Source: a virus (lineage: Duplodnaviria; Caudoviricetes). From it: a DNA stretch of 57,045 bases. Positions 37,138-47,199 of this stretch are shown here, piece by piece; the first letter of the stretch is position 1, and the number at the start of each line of letters is the position of its first letter. Both the position numbers and the translations under genes were made by a program. The notes under the pieces were generated by a model that worked only from the letters and a program-made list of their open reading frames with translations, made no database searches and was not told the DNA's origin. The stretch lies in the IMG/VR virus record IMGVR_UViG_3300020187_000040, positions 1-57,045 of that record. One strand, 5' to 3'.

Positions 37138-38220
37138 TTATAGAGTGATTCCTGTAAGAACTCTGTTGTCGAGAATCATGCGACCCTCTTCCATGGAACC
37201 GTAGTATCCAATTTTTTGTTGACGAACGCTGTATTGGTCGTCAGCAAGAAGGCTAAGCTCGGATCCGCTTTCTGCATCAAGAGCAATAGCGCGGAACAAA
37301 GATTCACGGCCACGGTCAAGACCGATAACCAAATCGCTGTCAGTACGAGTGCTAAGTGCATTCCAGGTAGCAAGGAATTTTTGAGCAGTACCATTAGTAG
37401 TTCCAAGCTCATTGATTTCCATGATGCTAATTCCGTAGAATTCAGGAATTCCTCCGTTACTGTAAATAGAATTGCGCATTTCGTCGGTTGCTGGAATAGC
37501 ATTACCAGCTCCAGGTCCCGCTACAGTATTGATTGGGTTGTAAGCCATAGCACGAAGACCTTCTACTGCCTCAGGAGACATAATCAAGTCGGTAACACCT
37601 TTAGTGCGTCCACCTTCTGGGGCTCCGCCGGTCCATGCTGTGTTAATGCGCTTTGCAAGAGTCAATAACTTATTGAAATCGTCAAGGATTAAGTTAGCTC
37701 CGTTTGCATCAATCAAGTGGTCTTGTCCGTTAGTTTGAGCATCGGCCAAAGATCCAAGGATCAAGTTAGCAGATGTATCTTCTTGGCGAAGCAAGATTTC
37801 TTGAGCAATACGTGTAAAAGTCTTTCCGATTACATCCATGCGAGATTTAGCAGCATAACGTTTGTCAAAGTCAACAGCACTATCAAGGCGATAGGTGTTA
37901 AACTTCATTTCAGAAACGGTAGGTGTTACGGTGTTGGTGGGCAATCCGCCAGGAACTGTGGTGCTGTAAACCTTAACATAGTCTGGAGCAGTTACATCAT
38001 AGTAAAGGTCCAAGGGAATGCTAGGGCTATCCATCTCGTTGAATTGAAAGCTTGTGAAAAGATTGCTTAAAGTAGGAGCTTGATTGATAACTTCGGACAA
38101 TACTGGTCCGATGAATTCAGCCAATGCTTGCTGAGCTTCGTAAGCGACATCTCTGTTACGAGAGGCCATGGCTTTTACAAGTTCTACTTGTTCTTCTGTT
38201 CTCTTAAGTGTGATTTTCAT
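37138..38220 (-). CDS. Major capsid protein (HK97 fold expected)
   Basis: 360 aa after protease/scaffold and decoration genes. DLIMSPEAVEGLR, IPEFYGISIME, IGYYGSMEEGRMILD. Strong RBS and downstream terminator. Confidence 0.85.
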   Translation of the reverse strand: MKITLKRTEEQVELVKAMASRNRDVAYEAQQALAEFIGPVLSEVINQAPTLSNLFTSFQFNEMDSPSIPLDLYYDVTAPDYVKVYSTTVPGGLPTNTVTPTVSEMKFNTYRLDSAVDFDKRYAAKSRMDVIGKTFTRIAQEILLRQEDTSANLILGSLADAQTNGQDHLIDANGANLILDDFNKLLTLAKRINTAWTGGAPEGGRTKGVTDLIMSPEAVEGLRAMAYNPINTVAGPGAGNAIPATDEMRNSIYSNGGIPEFYGISIMEINELGTTNGTAQKFLATWNALSTRTDSDLVIGLDRGRESLFRAIALDAESGSELSLLADDQYSVRQQKIGYYGSMEEGRMILDNRVLTGITL

Positions 38221-38250
38221 GTTTTTTTGTGTCCTCTCTTGACTTACAGA

Positions 38251-38925
38251 TTAAAGATCAATTTTGATGATATAGTATGCTCCAGTGGAACCATCTCCAG
38301 CAAATTGGTCAGCTGATTGAGGATCGTAGACATCTCCACGGTTTCCTACTCCAAGACATTTTCCAACAACTGTGTTTCCACTGCCGCCTTCTGCTCGGAA
38401 CTTTCCTCCGGCCCCCAATGAGACTAAATCTCCCACTGAAGGCTCGTTGCCTGCAATGACTGCGCTTGCTGCGACTGTTATAATACCTTTAGTAAGTACT
38501 GGTACAACTTCGCCTGGAAGTACAGCTTGAAGCTCGAGTGCTTTTTGACGATAGTAAAGAAGTTTTTCTCCATTTTCGTCGAATGCTAAAGTTTGATTCA
38601 AGGTAACACCAAGAACAATGTCGGTTCCGCTTGCTACTTCAAATTTTGGAGCGGCTTCAGGGTTAACGTTACGTCCTACATGAGGGTAACCGGTTTCGCC
38701 AAGATAAGCATTAAGCTCTGTGGATCCCTGCCCGTCACTTCCGTAACCTGCTGGTTCTCCAGCTGCCCAACTGCCATCAGTAACCTTTACTAAGGTACCT
38801 GCATCGTGAGCTCCTGAAGCTGCGTGAGTAAAGCCACTTAAAGTAGCACCACTTACATCTAGTGAAAACAAATTCACTACGAAGTGTTCGTTGTATTGTC
38901 TGAATGGTAGTAGTCTATTAGCCAT
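38251..38925 (-). CDS. Capsid decoration/cement protein
   Basis: 224 aa, Gly/Ala-rich beta protein between scaffold and MCP. GEVVPVLTKG...VGDLVSLGAGGK...VVGKCL. Confidence 0.7.
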   Translation of the reverse strand: MANRLLPFRQYNEHFVVNLFSLDVSGATLSGFTHAASGAHDAGTLVKVTDGSWAAGEPAGYGSDGQGSTELNAYLGETGYPHVGRNVNPEAAPKFEVASGTDIVLGVTLNQTLAFDENGEKLLYYRQKALELQAVLPGEVVPVLTKGIITVAASAVIAGNEPSVGDLVSLGAGGKFRAEGGSGNTVVGKCLGVGNRGDVYDPQSADQFAGDGSTGAYYIIKIDL

Positions 38926-38941
38926 TTTTTATGTCCTCTTT

Positions 38942-39661
38942 TTAGTATTGAATTTGTACACTGTCTTTAGAGAAAGATTTTTTAAACTTTTCCCTTAAAG
39001 AAATTTCTTCTTCGATTGATTCGCTATTATTATTTGCAACCGCTTCTTCTTCAGTTTCTGCGGATTCAATAACTTCTTCTGCGGCTGCCTCTGTTTCTTC
39101 AGGGGTTTCTACCTCAGTTTCGGTTTCGTTAGCGAGAGATGCAAGACGTTTTTGAACCTCTTCTTCAATCTTTTCATTAAAAATCTTTTCTTGCTCTTCT
39201 TTAAAAGCTTTTGTCTTATGTTTCCATACTACATTTAACTTTTCTTTGTATTGAGCGTAAGCCTCTTCGGATGAATCAAGGTCTTTAAGCTCTGAAGCCA
39301 AAAGAACTCTGTCTTCATCTTCTAACAAGAATTCACTATCAATTTCGGTCATTCTTTCGGTGAACCGCTCAGATTCTTGTTGGGCGGCCACTTCAGCTTT
39401 GATAGTAGCAAGCTCTTCACTAACTTCGGAAAGCTTTACTTTCATATCTTCAAGATCTTGATCGGAAACTTCTTGAGCTTTAGCAAGCTCTTCTTTTTCC
39501 TTTTGAAGGTCTTCTTTTTCTTGCTGCCATTTTTCGCTCTTGTCGATAATAGCATCATGAAATACTTTAGTAATATTAGCAATAGCTTCTTCAGACAATT
39601 TCTTGGAAGAAGCTTGAGCTTCGAGGGTTTCGGTTACTTGATTTAGAATTTCTTTGTCCAT
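38942..39661 (-). CDS. Probable nested in-frame scaffolding protein (239 aa)
   Basis: In-frame ATG at 39661 (MDKEILNQV) begins the coiled coil and is preceded by the extended promoter-like motif at 39687-39726. Confidence 0.55.
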   Translation of the reverse strand: MDKEILNQVTETLEAQASSKKLSEEAIANITKVFHDAIIDKSEKWQQEKEDLQKEKEELAKAQEVSDQDLEDMKVKLSEVSEELATIKAEVAAQQESERFTERMTEIDSEFLLEDEDRVLLASELKDLDSSEEAYAQYKEKLNVVWKHKTKAFKEEQEKIFNEKIEEEVQKRLASLANETETEVETPEETEAAAEEVIESAETEEEAVANNNSESIEEEISLREKFKKSFSKDSVQIQY

Positions 39662-40534
39662 AATGTGCTTTAGTTTATGATTCTTGTTAATGATTACATT
39701 GCCTTTATGTAAATGGGAACTTTTTTCTTGTAAAAAATTATTTTTTATTTTCAATACTTCTATCGATGCCTCAGTTTCTTTATCGTCTTCATTTTCTGGT
39801 TCATCTTCTGTTAATAAAACCACACCCTTGACATCAGCCGCAGGGTTAGATGTAAAGCCTATACCTATCGGGTAAATATCTCCAACTATTAATCTATGAA
39901 CTTCTTCGCCTTTGTCGGTTCTGCCATTACCCCCATATGCTTTAAGAAATTTTGAATATTCGTCTCTTTGCTCTCTTGGGATAATTGTTGCCTCTTCTAA
40001 ATTTTCACTACCTACCGCAATAACATAATCGTTAAATCCAATTTCCCAGCTTGCAGATACGGTCTGGTAAAGCTCGCTTTCCTTGTCTGTTGATTTCTCG
40101 ACCAGTTCCGCAAACTCTGGGTTAACTGTTTTATATACTACGGCAGAGAGAGCTATATTAAATGGCTTTTCAGTTAATGAAGCATCTTCAGTCGCCAAAA
40201 CTTCGTTGCTTCCATAAGCTGACAATGATGCACCTACAATATGGCCCACTACCTTTTGTTTTTGATGTTCAATATTCGTGGGTTTATGAATAAAATAATC
40301 CTTGATAGCCAATGCCGTGGCGGTATCTATACCGTCGCCGTTTTTATTAAACCTGTTAGCTACAGCCGCATTAAAAGCAACCCCCACCAAGTCTATATTC
40401 TTTTCAAAGTCAATATTTTCTGGAGCCAGCTCTTTCAGTGAATCAAGTGATGCAGAACTTATTAGTTGATCACCATCGTTATGTTGTATAGCTATACTCT
40501 CTTCAAAACTAGTTATATATTTATATGGAAGCAT
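38942..40534 (-). CDS. Prohead protease fused to a C-terminal scaffold
   Basis: 530 aa. NKNGD, HKPTNIEH...VVGHI, SASWE and GIGFTSNPA protease motifs, followed by an acidic coiled coil. Confidence 0.8.
   Translation of the reverse strand: MLPYKYITSFEESIAIQHNDGDQLISSASLDSLKELAPENIDFEKNIDLVGVAFNAAVANRFNKNGDGIDTATALAIKDYFIHKPTNIEHQKQKVVGHIVGASLSAYGSNEVLATEDASLTEKPFNIALSAVVYKTVNPEFAELVEKSTDKESELYQTVSASWEIGFNDYVIAVGSENLEEATIIPREQRDEYSKFLKAYGGNGRTDKGEEVHRLIVGDIYPIGIGFTSNPAADVKGVVLLTEDEPENEDDKETEASIEVLKIKNNFLQEKSSHLHKGNVIINKNHKLKHIMDKEILNQVTETLEAQASSKKLSEEAIANITKVFHDAIIDKSEKWQQEKEDLQKEKEELAKAQEVSDQDLEDMKVKLSEVSEELATIKAEVAAQQESERFTERMTEIDSEFLLEDEDRVLLASELKDLDSSEEAYAQYKEKLNVVWKHKTKAFKEEQEKIFNEKIEEEVQKRLASLANETETEVETPEETEAAAEEVIESAETEEEAVANNNSESIEEEISLREKFKKSFSKDSVQIQY
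39687..39726 (-). promoter_or_regulatory. Intragenic extended late promoter/operator (second copy)
   Basis: Plus strand ttaatgattacattgcctttatgtaaatgggaactttttt, matching 31341-31381. Confidence 0.6.
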
Positions 40535-40577
40535 GATATTTTTTTTTAATTAAAAATGATACTTTATATAGATACAC

Positions 40578-42587
40578 TTATTTTTTATTTTTTTTACTAT
40601 GATATAATATAGCCGCAGGATAAGATACTATTTTATGCTCTTCTCCAACTTCTAATACTTCAGGCATAATATTTAAATGTTCTATATTATTAAAATCTTT
40701 AATGCATTCGCTTGCCTTGCTTTTCCAGCAGTCCATATTGGAAGACATGACGATACTTTCAGAAAGACTCTCTATCATTGTTTTATGGTTTTTAGACAAA
40801 CGCTTCTTGTCGTATGCTTTCTTGAGTTCAGATTCCATATGTTTACCCAAATCTTCAATGGCATATATAACGGACTGTATGTCGGCTCTACTGTATGAAT
40901 CTTCTTTTGCGAGCAAATTGTTTGTTTTTGTTTTTGTACCAGCGGGTCTTCCTGTTTCTTGTTGGGTGGATTGCTGTGGCTGGCTTTGATCGAGCTCCTG
41001 ACCCTCTGGCAAAATAGGCTGAGCGACACTTAGAGGAGTGTAAAAACCTTTTTCTCTTTGTTCTACGAATTTTTCTTGAGCAGTCTTCAAGTCAGAAGGG
41101 TTGGGGTAAATGCCTTGCTTGAGAGCAGTCATTCCTTGCTCTGGGGTTATGATGCCCATTTCGATAAGCCTAGAAGTTACTCTATTCATTTGCACTTCAT
41201 CTTTGATATCTATCTCCACAAACTTTGCCTTAGGGTAGTTCTTGAATCCCATGGCTTTGCAAACCTCTTTTATTTGCGGCTGTAAAATGTCATTGAGGAA
41301 TGTATTCCTTGCCTCCTTTAGTCTCTCAAGAAATATTTGAGCTTTAACTTGGGTGCTGGAGTAGTTTTCTTTGCCTACGATAATATTCTGCAAGCCTTCC
41401 TTGATATCTTCATTGACTATATCATATTTATCGGACCCAAGAACTTTGTTTAGATCAGGAATTACAAATTCCGCCTTTGTGGTATAGTCTGCTATTAATG
41501 CTCTGCCTATGCTTTCATTTTGAAATAAATTTTGCATGGCTTTCAAGTTGTTTGGGTTTATTCCTCCTTTGTCAGGAGTGTTGCCCATTGTCACTAGTAA
41601 TATAACATTCTCGATAGTTCGAGTAATTGCTTGGTCTACTTTCTTAAGTTCCATCTTCCAATTTATATCGTCAAGAACCGGAAATCCAAAGGGAGTAGCA
41701 AACGGCTCGTAGTCTTGTTTTTTGTAAAAAGAGAATATAAGCTTGGATGGATCTAGACTAATTAAAACTCCTTCTTGGTTAAACTGGCTTCCATTAATTG
41801 CTTTTTTGGCATCTTCAGGAAGGGCATCAAATACTTCCTGGTCGTACTCTGTTTGGGGGTGCTTAAGCTTTTGAATATCGTATTCACTTAATATTTTCTT
41901 ATATACTCCATCTTGAGCATCAAAAGATAATACCCTATCAGCTACAAAATCATAAGGATTCAAGAATACATACTTAACTGGAATTTTCCTATTAGGTAAT
42001 ACTTCTTTTTCAGCAGCATATACTTTGTTTAATTTTACTAAGTCTTCTGGAGTGAACTTAGCATTTAACTTATACATAAATACATTGCCGGACCTATAAT
42101 ATTCTCTAAAATACTGATCTTTAAGTTTCCATATTTCTATTCTATCCATCCATTTCTCTATAAAGTTTCTTGCTTTCTCGGATCCCCCTTCTAGGTATAC
42201 GTCAGAATTTGAGAACTCAGACATTACATCGATGGCATTTCTAAAGATCGCTATATTTGCATAAGCTTTTTGGCATAGCAATATTGAGGATCGAGGACTA
42301 ATATAATTCTTTTCATTGCTGTAAGAAAGTGGACAGTCTTCTATATTCTTATATTTATTTTGTTTTTGATTTGTCGAAATATAGTTTCGTCTTGTTCTTG
42401 TTCCGTCTTCACATCCAGGTTGGTTTACATTCCTACTGCAGGATGCCTCTGCATAATATGCTTCCCCAGCACTTGAAGGTTTTACTTCCTCATTGTTTAA
42501 TGGCAGGGGGTTCTGGCTTTCTCCGGCCCCATTTGCAGTATTAAAATTGTTCCAATAATCCGACTTTTTTACATATTTTCTTGGCAT
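40578..42587 (-). CDS. Portal protein
   Basis: 669 aa between TerL and protease. AYANIAIFRNAIDVMSEFS, REYYRSGNVF, PFGFPVL motifs. Confidence 0.85.
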   Translation of the reverse strand: MPRKYVKKSDYWNNFNTANGAGESQNPLPLNNEEVKPSSAGEAYYAEASCSRNVNQPGCEDGTRTRRNYISTNQKQNKYKNIEDCPLSYSNEKNYISPRSSILLCQKAYANIAIFRNAIDVMSEFSNSDVYLEGGSEKARNFIEKWMDRIEIWKLKDQYFREYYRSGNVFMYKLNAKFTPEDLVKLNKVYAAEKEVLPNRKIPVKYVFLNPYDFVADRVLSFDAQDGVYKKILSEYDIQKLKHPQTEYDQEVFDALPEDAKKAINGSQFNQEGVLISLDPSKLIFSFYKKQDYEPFATPFGFPVLDDINWKMELKKVDQAITRTIENVILLVTMGNTPDKGGINPNNLKAMQNLFQNESIGRALIADYTTKAEFVIPDLNKVLGSDKYDIVNEDIKEGLQNIIVGKENYSSTQVKAQIFLERLKEARNTFLNDILQPQIKEVCKAMGFKNYPKAKFVEIDIKDEVQMNRVTSRLIEMGIITPEQGMTALKQGIYPNPSDLKTAQEKFVEQREKGFYTPLSVAQPILPEGQELDQSQPQQSTQQETGRPAGTKTKTNNLLAKEDSYSRADIQSVIYAIEDLGKHMESELKKAYDKKRLSKNHKTMIESLSESIVMSSNMDCWKSKASECIKDFNNIEHLNIMPEVLEVGEEHKIVSYPAAILYHSKKNKK

Positions 42588-42648
42588 ATTTAATAGTACA
42601 CCAAAGTTATTGAAAGTCTACTTTAAAGTTAAAAGTTGACTTTCTATT

Positions 42649-44523
42649 TTAAATCATCATCGGAGCAAATGTCGCAGCGGTTGGGTCTGCTTTTGCCATC
42701 GTAAAGTCATAGTAAGTCTTAATCATCCAGTTGCCTAATACTAGTGCAGAATAAGAATCTTTTCTTGTCTTTCCTGGGCCTGTTTGACGTCTCAAGTTAC
42801 TGGGCAGTCCAAATGTTTGAGTTCCCTGTGTAGAAGAAGATACCTGTATTAATGCACATTGGTTTTTTGTATAATTAACCATATCATACTGGTGGTCAAG
42901 GAAATCTATAATCTTAGAGGCGCCAGCATTTTTTAAAACTTCTTTTTGGTTTGGCAGGAATGTTAAGTTGTCAATAGGTACCTTTGCTTTTACTTGTTGA
43001 TGGTAACTCTCATCCAATGCCCGGCAGCCAAATGATATTCTCTTATGGTCAAAATTAGCCTGTAACAATTCGTTTGCTCTTCGAATCCAGTCGGATGTGG
43101 CTTTCCTTAATACACATATTCTTTTGTCCTTGATATTGTATTGATTTTTGGCCTGCAATAAAACATCTTGATATTTCTCTAAGTCATCAAAGTTAGCTGT
43201 AATCTCGCTAATATTAATACCGCTTTTATTAAACTGCTCGCTAGCATTTGCGGCCTGCATAAACTGAACACCCCCACCATAGTCACCAACAATTGCTACT
43301 ATATTAAAGTGTGTTAATAAATAATGAAAATAATTAATATGATCTTGCATTTTTAAACCAGGCATCGCATAGCTATGAACCAATGTTCCAGTCTGGGTAT
43401 TATCATTTAGTTTAAACACATGTATAGCAAAGTCATCAGAGCTTTCTGATTCTGCCCAACTAGGGTCAAAAGCAAGCAAGTATTTAGAGTCTCTATCTCC
43501 AGATATTTCTAGGTGAGGGCCTTCTCCATCCTTCACGGTACATTCAGCCATCGTAGAGGTCTTAAAATACCCAGAACTATCGTCAGTAAATACAGCATTA
43601 AATTCCCTATCAAATTGAGACTGACTCATGGTTTGCTTTGATTGATTAATCAAGTTTTGATCATAAAGAGCTTTTGGAGCTACATCATAGCTAAAATGCA
43701 TAATAACCCTCTTAGAAGTATCTAAGCTTTTGTCAGGCATGCCATTTAATATTAAATCTTCAAAAGTTTCATATACTTTATATAAGTATTCGAATTTATA
43801 ACTAGCAGAAGATAAAGCTATTAATTTATTGTTTGGCCATTGATATCTGTCTTCCTCTTTCATTTTGCCTTGAGCTATAAGGTCATCTTCAAGCTTTCTA
43901 ACCTTTTCACGCTCGGTAGGGTTTTGAACAACACTTAAGAACGGCAAGATAACTTCGTTATATATATGCTCAGGCATTAAAAGAAACTCGTCAATAATAA
44001 TCCTATGAAACCTAAAACCTCGAAGCTTTGATCCGTCACCCAATGGTAATGCAATAATTCTGGACTCCCCAATCTCTAATGTCCATTGATCATTCTTTTT
44101 AGATTTTTTTGTTATGCATTGTGCTAAAAACTGGGCCTCTGGTTTATTGGCAATGTCTTCGATTTTTTCAAATATCATTTTTGACTGCCTGAAAGTAGCC
44201 GCCATAATACCTATTTGGACTCCTTGATTAAATATAGCATCGAGAAATGCATATATGGCAGTACTGAAAGACTTAGACATACCCCGACTCCATATGCCCA
44301 GGAAATAATCCGTTTCAAGCATTGATTTAATTGCAAGGTGCTGAAATGGAAATAAATCCACCCCAGCGATAAGGTTGGTAGTAAAGGTTATATTTTCTCG
44401 CAAGAAATTATGTAAATGATACTTGGCATCTTTCTCTTCAAGATGCCCTGTTATTTTAAGTAGCTCCTCATTTACATTCGGAGTATTTTTCTTAATTAAG
44501 TATTTACCTTCTTCCCAGGACAT
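42649..44523 (-). CDS. terL: Terminase large subunit
   Basis: 624 aa. LFPFQ, Walker A-like SRGMSKS, LRGFR, Walker B IIIDE, coupling motif LSSA, FDREF, nuclease LAFDP and KDSYSA. Confidence 0.92.
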   Translation of the reverse strand: MSWEEGKYLIKKNTPNVNEELLKITGHLEEKDAKYHLHNFLRENITFTTNLIAGVDLFPFQHLAIKSMLETDYFLGIWSRGMSKSFSTAIYAFLDAIFNQGVQIGIMAATFRQSKMIFEKIEDIANKPEAQFLAQCITKKSKKNDQWTLEIGESRIIALPLGDGSKLRGFRFHRIIIDEFLLMPEHIYNEVILPFLSVVQNPTEREKVRKLEDDLIAQGKMKEEDRYQWPNNKLIALSSASYKFEYLYKVYETFEDLILNGMPDKSLDTSKRVIMHFSYDVAPKALYDQNLINQSKQTMSQSQFDREFNAVFTDDSSGYFKTSTMAECTVKDGEGPHLEISGDRDSKYLLAFDPSWAESESSDDFAIHVFKLNDNTQTGTLVHSYAMPGLKMQDHINYFHYLLTHFNIVAIVGDYGGGVQFMQAANASEQFNKSGINISEITANFDDLEKYQDVLLQAKNQYNIKDKRICVLRKATSDWIRRANELLQANFDHKRISFGCRALDESYHQQVKAKVPIDNLTFLPNQKEVLKNAGASKIIDFLDHQYDMVNYTKNQCALIQVSSSTQGTQTFGLPSNLRRQTGPGKTRKDSYSALVLGNWMIKTYYDFTMAKADPTAATFAPMMI

Positions 44524-45625
44524 GATTATCGATAAAGTATTGGAGGTCTGTTTCCCATAGTTTCTTTCCGTAGACTAATAACTTAGGTATGATGTTTTGA
44601 GATTCGATTCGGGCATCTGCGACATACTTTTCGTATGCCGGCTCAAATATCTTTTTTCTCATTACCCACATTTTTTTACTAATTTTACTGGCACGGTCTT
44701 CGTTTTTGACTTTTTTTAAATTAATTAATAAATCATTTAATTCATTATATTCATTATAAAAGTCAGAGTCGAGCTGGTCAAATAAATTTTTACCATTTTT
44801 ACCAGTAAATATAAATTGACAACGACCAGCATATTCGTGAGACAATACTCTCATGTTATGCCAAATAAAAGACAAGTTAGATCTAGAACCAAATAATATA
44901 TTATTATTTATAATTGATTCTATAGAGCCTTCTACAACAACAAATAAAAAAGCATCAAAGTGTTTTGCACGGTCAAGTTCTCGTTTGAATCGTTCGAAGC
45001 CCGTGGTTAATGTGCTCTTGAAGTCGCTTTCATCCTTTCGATCAACATAAGTATAGTTATAATAAGGGTCACCCACGGCATAATCACCAAAGTCTAACTT
45101 CAAGCTTGTACTTTTCTTAAACTCTAATGGTTTTCGCTCACGAGTATCAATCATAATCTTTACATCATCCAGTTCTGGATTAGAAACAAAAAAGTCTTTC
45201 ATTAACCCCTTGGGATATAAAGGAGGAACTCCAGCTTCTTCACAGGCCTTAGAATAAGACCCGAAATACTCTCTAAACATATCAATAGAAGGCATCTTAT
45301 TGAGACATAATTCAAGATGCGGAGGGGCAAACTTCAGTTCTTTGCCCGTTACACGGGCTTTGAGCTGTTTCAGCATCAAACCCCGAACTTCTTCAATTTT
45401 AGCATTTTTAGCCCAACTTATAAAATTATTTATATTTTTAAAGTCTCTATTAAAGTAATCAGTAAAGTCTTTAAACTCTAATAGTTCTCCTGTATGCTTA
45501 TCTCTCTTCTGATATACTTGTATATAGTATTCTGGTATTGTAAGCTTATGTACTCTGGACACATGAGAGTGAAGGCCTTGCTTGTTCTTGCAGGCCTTAC
45601 CGCATATCTTACAGGTTAGGGACAT
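44504..45625 (-). CDS. C2H2 zinc finger plus ERCC4/XPF-family nuclease
   Basis: 373 aa. CKICGK...HVSRVH; IDTRERKPL, LDFGDY, VDRKDESDF, RFKRELDRA. Confidence 0.8.
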   Translation of the reverse strand: MSLTCKICGKACKNKQGLHSHVSRVHKLTIPEYYIQVYQKRDKHTGELLEFKDFTDYFNRDFKNINNFISWAKNAKIEEVRGLMLKQLKARVTGKELKFAPPHLELCLNKMPSIDMFREYFGSYSKACEEAGVPPLYPKGLMKDFFVSNPELDDVKIMIDTRERKPLEFKKSTSLKLDFGDYAVGDPYYNYTYVDRKDESDFKSTLTTGFERFKRELDRAKHFDAFLFVVVEGSIESIINNNILFGSRSNLSFIWHNMRVLSHEYAGRCQFIFTGKNGKNLFDQLDSDFYNEYNELNDLLINLKKVKNEDRASKISKKMWVMRKKIFEPAYEKYVADARIESQNIIPKLLVYGKKLWETDLQYFIDNHVLGRR

Positions 45626-45674
45626 AGTTTATTCGCTACAAGCCCAAACACTTAATAGGAGTAGGCCCCAGAAA

Positions 45675-45896
45675 TTAGGCCGATTCCTGGGCAGCTTCTG
45701 CTTGAGACTTCTCTTGTGCTTCGAGTTCAGTAAGAATCTTGCCTTTGGTTTCGTCGTCTAATTCCTCAAACTTAGCTTCCGCTTCTTTAATGCAGTAAAA
45801 CTTCGCTGCATGGATAAGTCCATTAAGGTTTAGTGACTGAAAAGTCGCATTAGCAAGAGATTGAATAATTTTTTGGTTTTGGTCTTCTGTGGTCAT
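45675..45896 (-). CDS. Hypothetical protein
   Basis: 73 aa, 4-nt overlap with the upstream gene. Confidence 0.7.
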   Translation of the reverse strand: MTTEDQNQKIIQSLANATFQSLNLNGLIHAAKFYCIKEAEAKFEELDDETKGKILTELEAQEKSQAEAAQESA

Positions 45897-46150
45897 AATT
45901 TAAAATTTACATTACCTGTGTCTAATGATTTATCTTCAGGTTCTTTAACTTTTTTATAGATTACTTGTTCTGTGTCCACTTTTCCGCCGACATCTTTCTC
46001 TATTAAGTTATTGGGGTTAATGATTTGCTTTAAGGCCTTTATGATAACAAAGTCTTTTTCGTTTACGGGTACAAAGTCTTTTTCGTTTTCGAAAATCTCT
46101 TTAATTTGACTATATTCAAAATCACCTATTAATAATTCAATTTTTTTCAT
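45893..46150 (-). CDS. Hypothetical protein
   Basis: 85 aa, translationally coupled on both sides. Confidence 0.7.
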   Translation of the reverse strand: MKKIELLIGDFEYSQIKEIFENEKDFVPVNEKDFVIIKALKQIINPNNLIEKDVGGKVDTEQVIYKKVKEPEDKSLDTGNVNFKL

Positions 46151-47199
46151 ACTGCATCGTTTTTTGATATTCCTAATATTCTTGCTTTCCAGCTTTCCAT
46201 ATTATCAAGTCTAGTTACCTCTTCGTCAACTAATTTTTTTTGCATCTCTGCTATTTCAACCATTCTTCTTCTTTCAGATTCCGCCTGAAAGTTTTTAACG
46301 AGGGATATAATGGTCGCATTGTCTTGTCTGCGGTTCTTTAATCGCTCTGCACGGTCACCGTTGAGTTTTTTAATGAGAGACTCCATTCTCTTCTCGCATT
46401 TATCGTATTCATCGGTTTTTGATTTTAATACTTCAGCTAATCTAACAGTCATGTCCTGTTGGTCTTCGACTTCATTAAACATAGTATTTAACTTTTCGAT
46501 ATGATAAGTAATATTTTTTAAATTAATATAATCAACACAAACATTAATATATAAATTAATCTCATCACTTGTTAAGTCTGGTTTGTCCCATGTAGCCCTT
46601 ATAAACTCTGCTTCAAATAATTCCCTGTCCTTCATGTTTGTATAGTTGCTTATTACTTGAATAAGGCGGGGGGCAGAGAGGCTCCTAAGTAGAGCATTGA
46701 TGCAATCCTCCTCCTCGTGGGTTAGCCTGTCTTCCTGAAGGTCTATCATTGTATACATGTTTATTTTCTTGAGACATGTGATATTTAATTTGGGAGGACT
46801 GTACACCCTATTAACTGCGCTCTCACTGTCATGAACGTAAGAGGGTTCATAATGCCGCAAGAATTCAAGCACGGTTAGATGCTCTTTGCATAACCTTCTA
46901 ACATTAGAGTCAGGAAAAAGTATTTCGGCAATTTGATAAGCGCTTAATCCGTTTTGAGCCTGAGCCTTTATAAATTCCCTTTGCTGGTCATTTAGCTGGA
47001 TATCTGGCACTTTATCTTTTTTTGTAGTTCGATATTCCAAGTTTTCTTCTGCCAAAAACTCTCTTACAGATCTACCTTCTCGACTTCTTCCGTCGATATC
47101 AGGATTATCAAATAACTTGCGAGTTAGCTCCAATAAGTCAGGGGTTTCCTTGAAGTTGTCTCTAATGAATTGTTTTTGCTCGTCAGTTAAGTTCGTCAT
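46147..47199 (-). CDS. HTH plus coiled-coil protein, candidate terminase small subunit
   Basis: 350 aa. Two LxDxQxxFI helical starts, GLSAYQIAEILF HTH-like segment, C-terminal coiled coil. Upstream of terL. Confidence 0.45.
   Translation of the reverse strand: MTNLTDEQKQFIRDNFKETPDLLELTRKLFDNPDIDGRSREGRSVREFLAEENLEYRTTKKDKVPDIQLNDQQREFIKAQAQNGLSAYQIAEILFPDSNVRRLCKEHLTVLEFLRHYEPSYVHDSESAVNRVYSPPKLNITCLKKINMYTMIDLQEDRLTHEEEDCINALLRSLSAPRLIQVISNYTNMKDRELFEAEFIRATWDKPDLTSDEINLYINVCVDYINLKNITYHIEKLNTMFNEVEDQQDMTVRLAEVLKSKTDEYDKCEKRMESLIKKLNGDRAERLKNRRQDNATIISLVKNFQAESERRRMVEIAEMQKKLVDEEVTRLDNMESWKARILGISKNDAV

Noticed and set aside
42649-44523. Intein or intron in TerL
   Set aside because: Length and motif spacing are normal and no splicing motifs are present.
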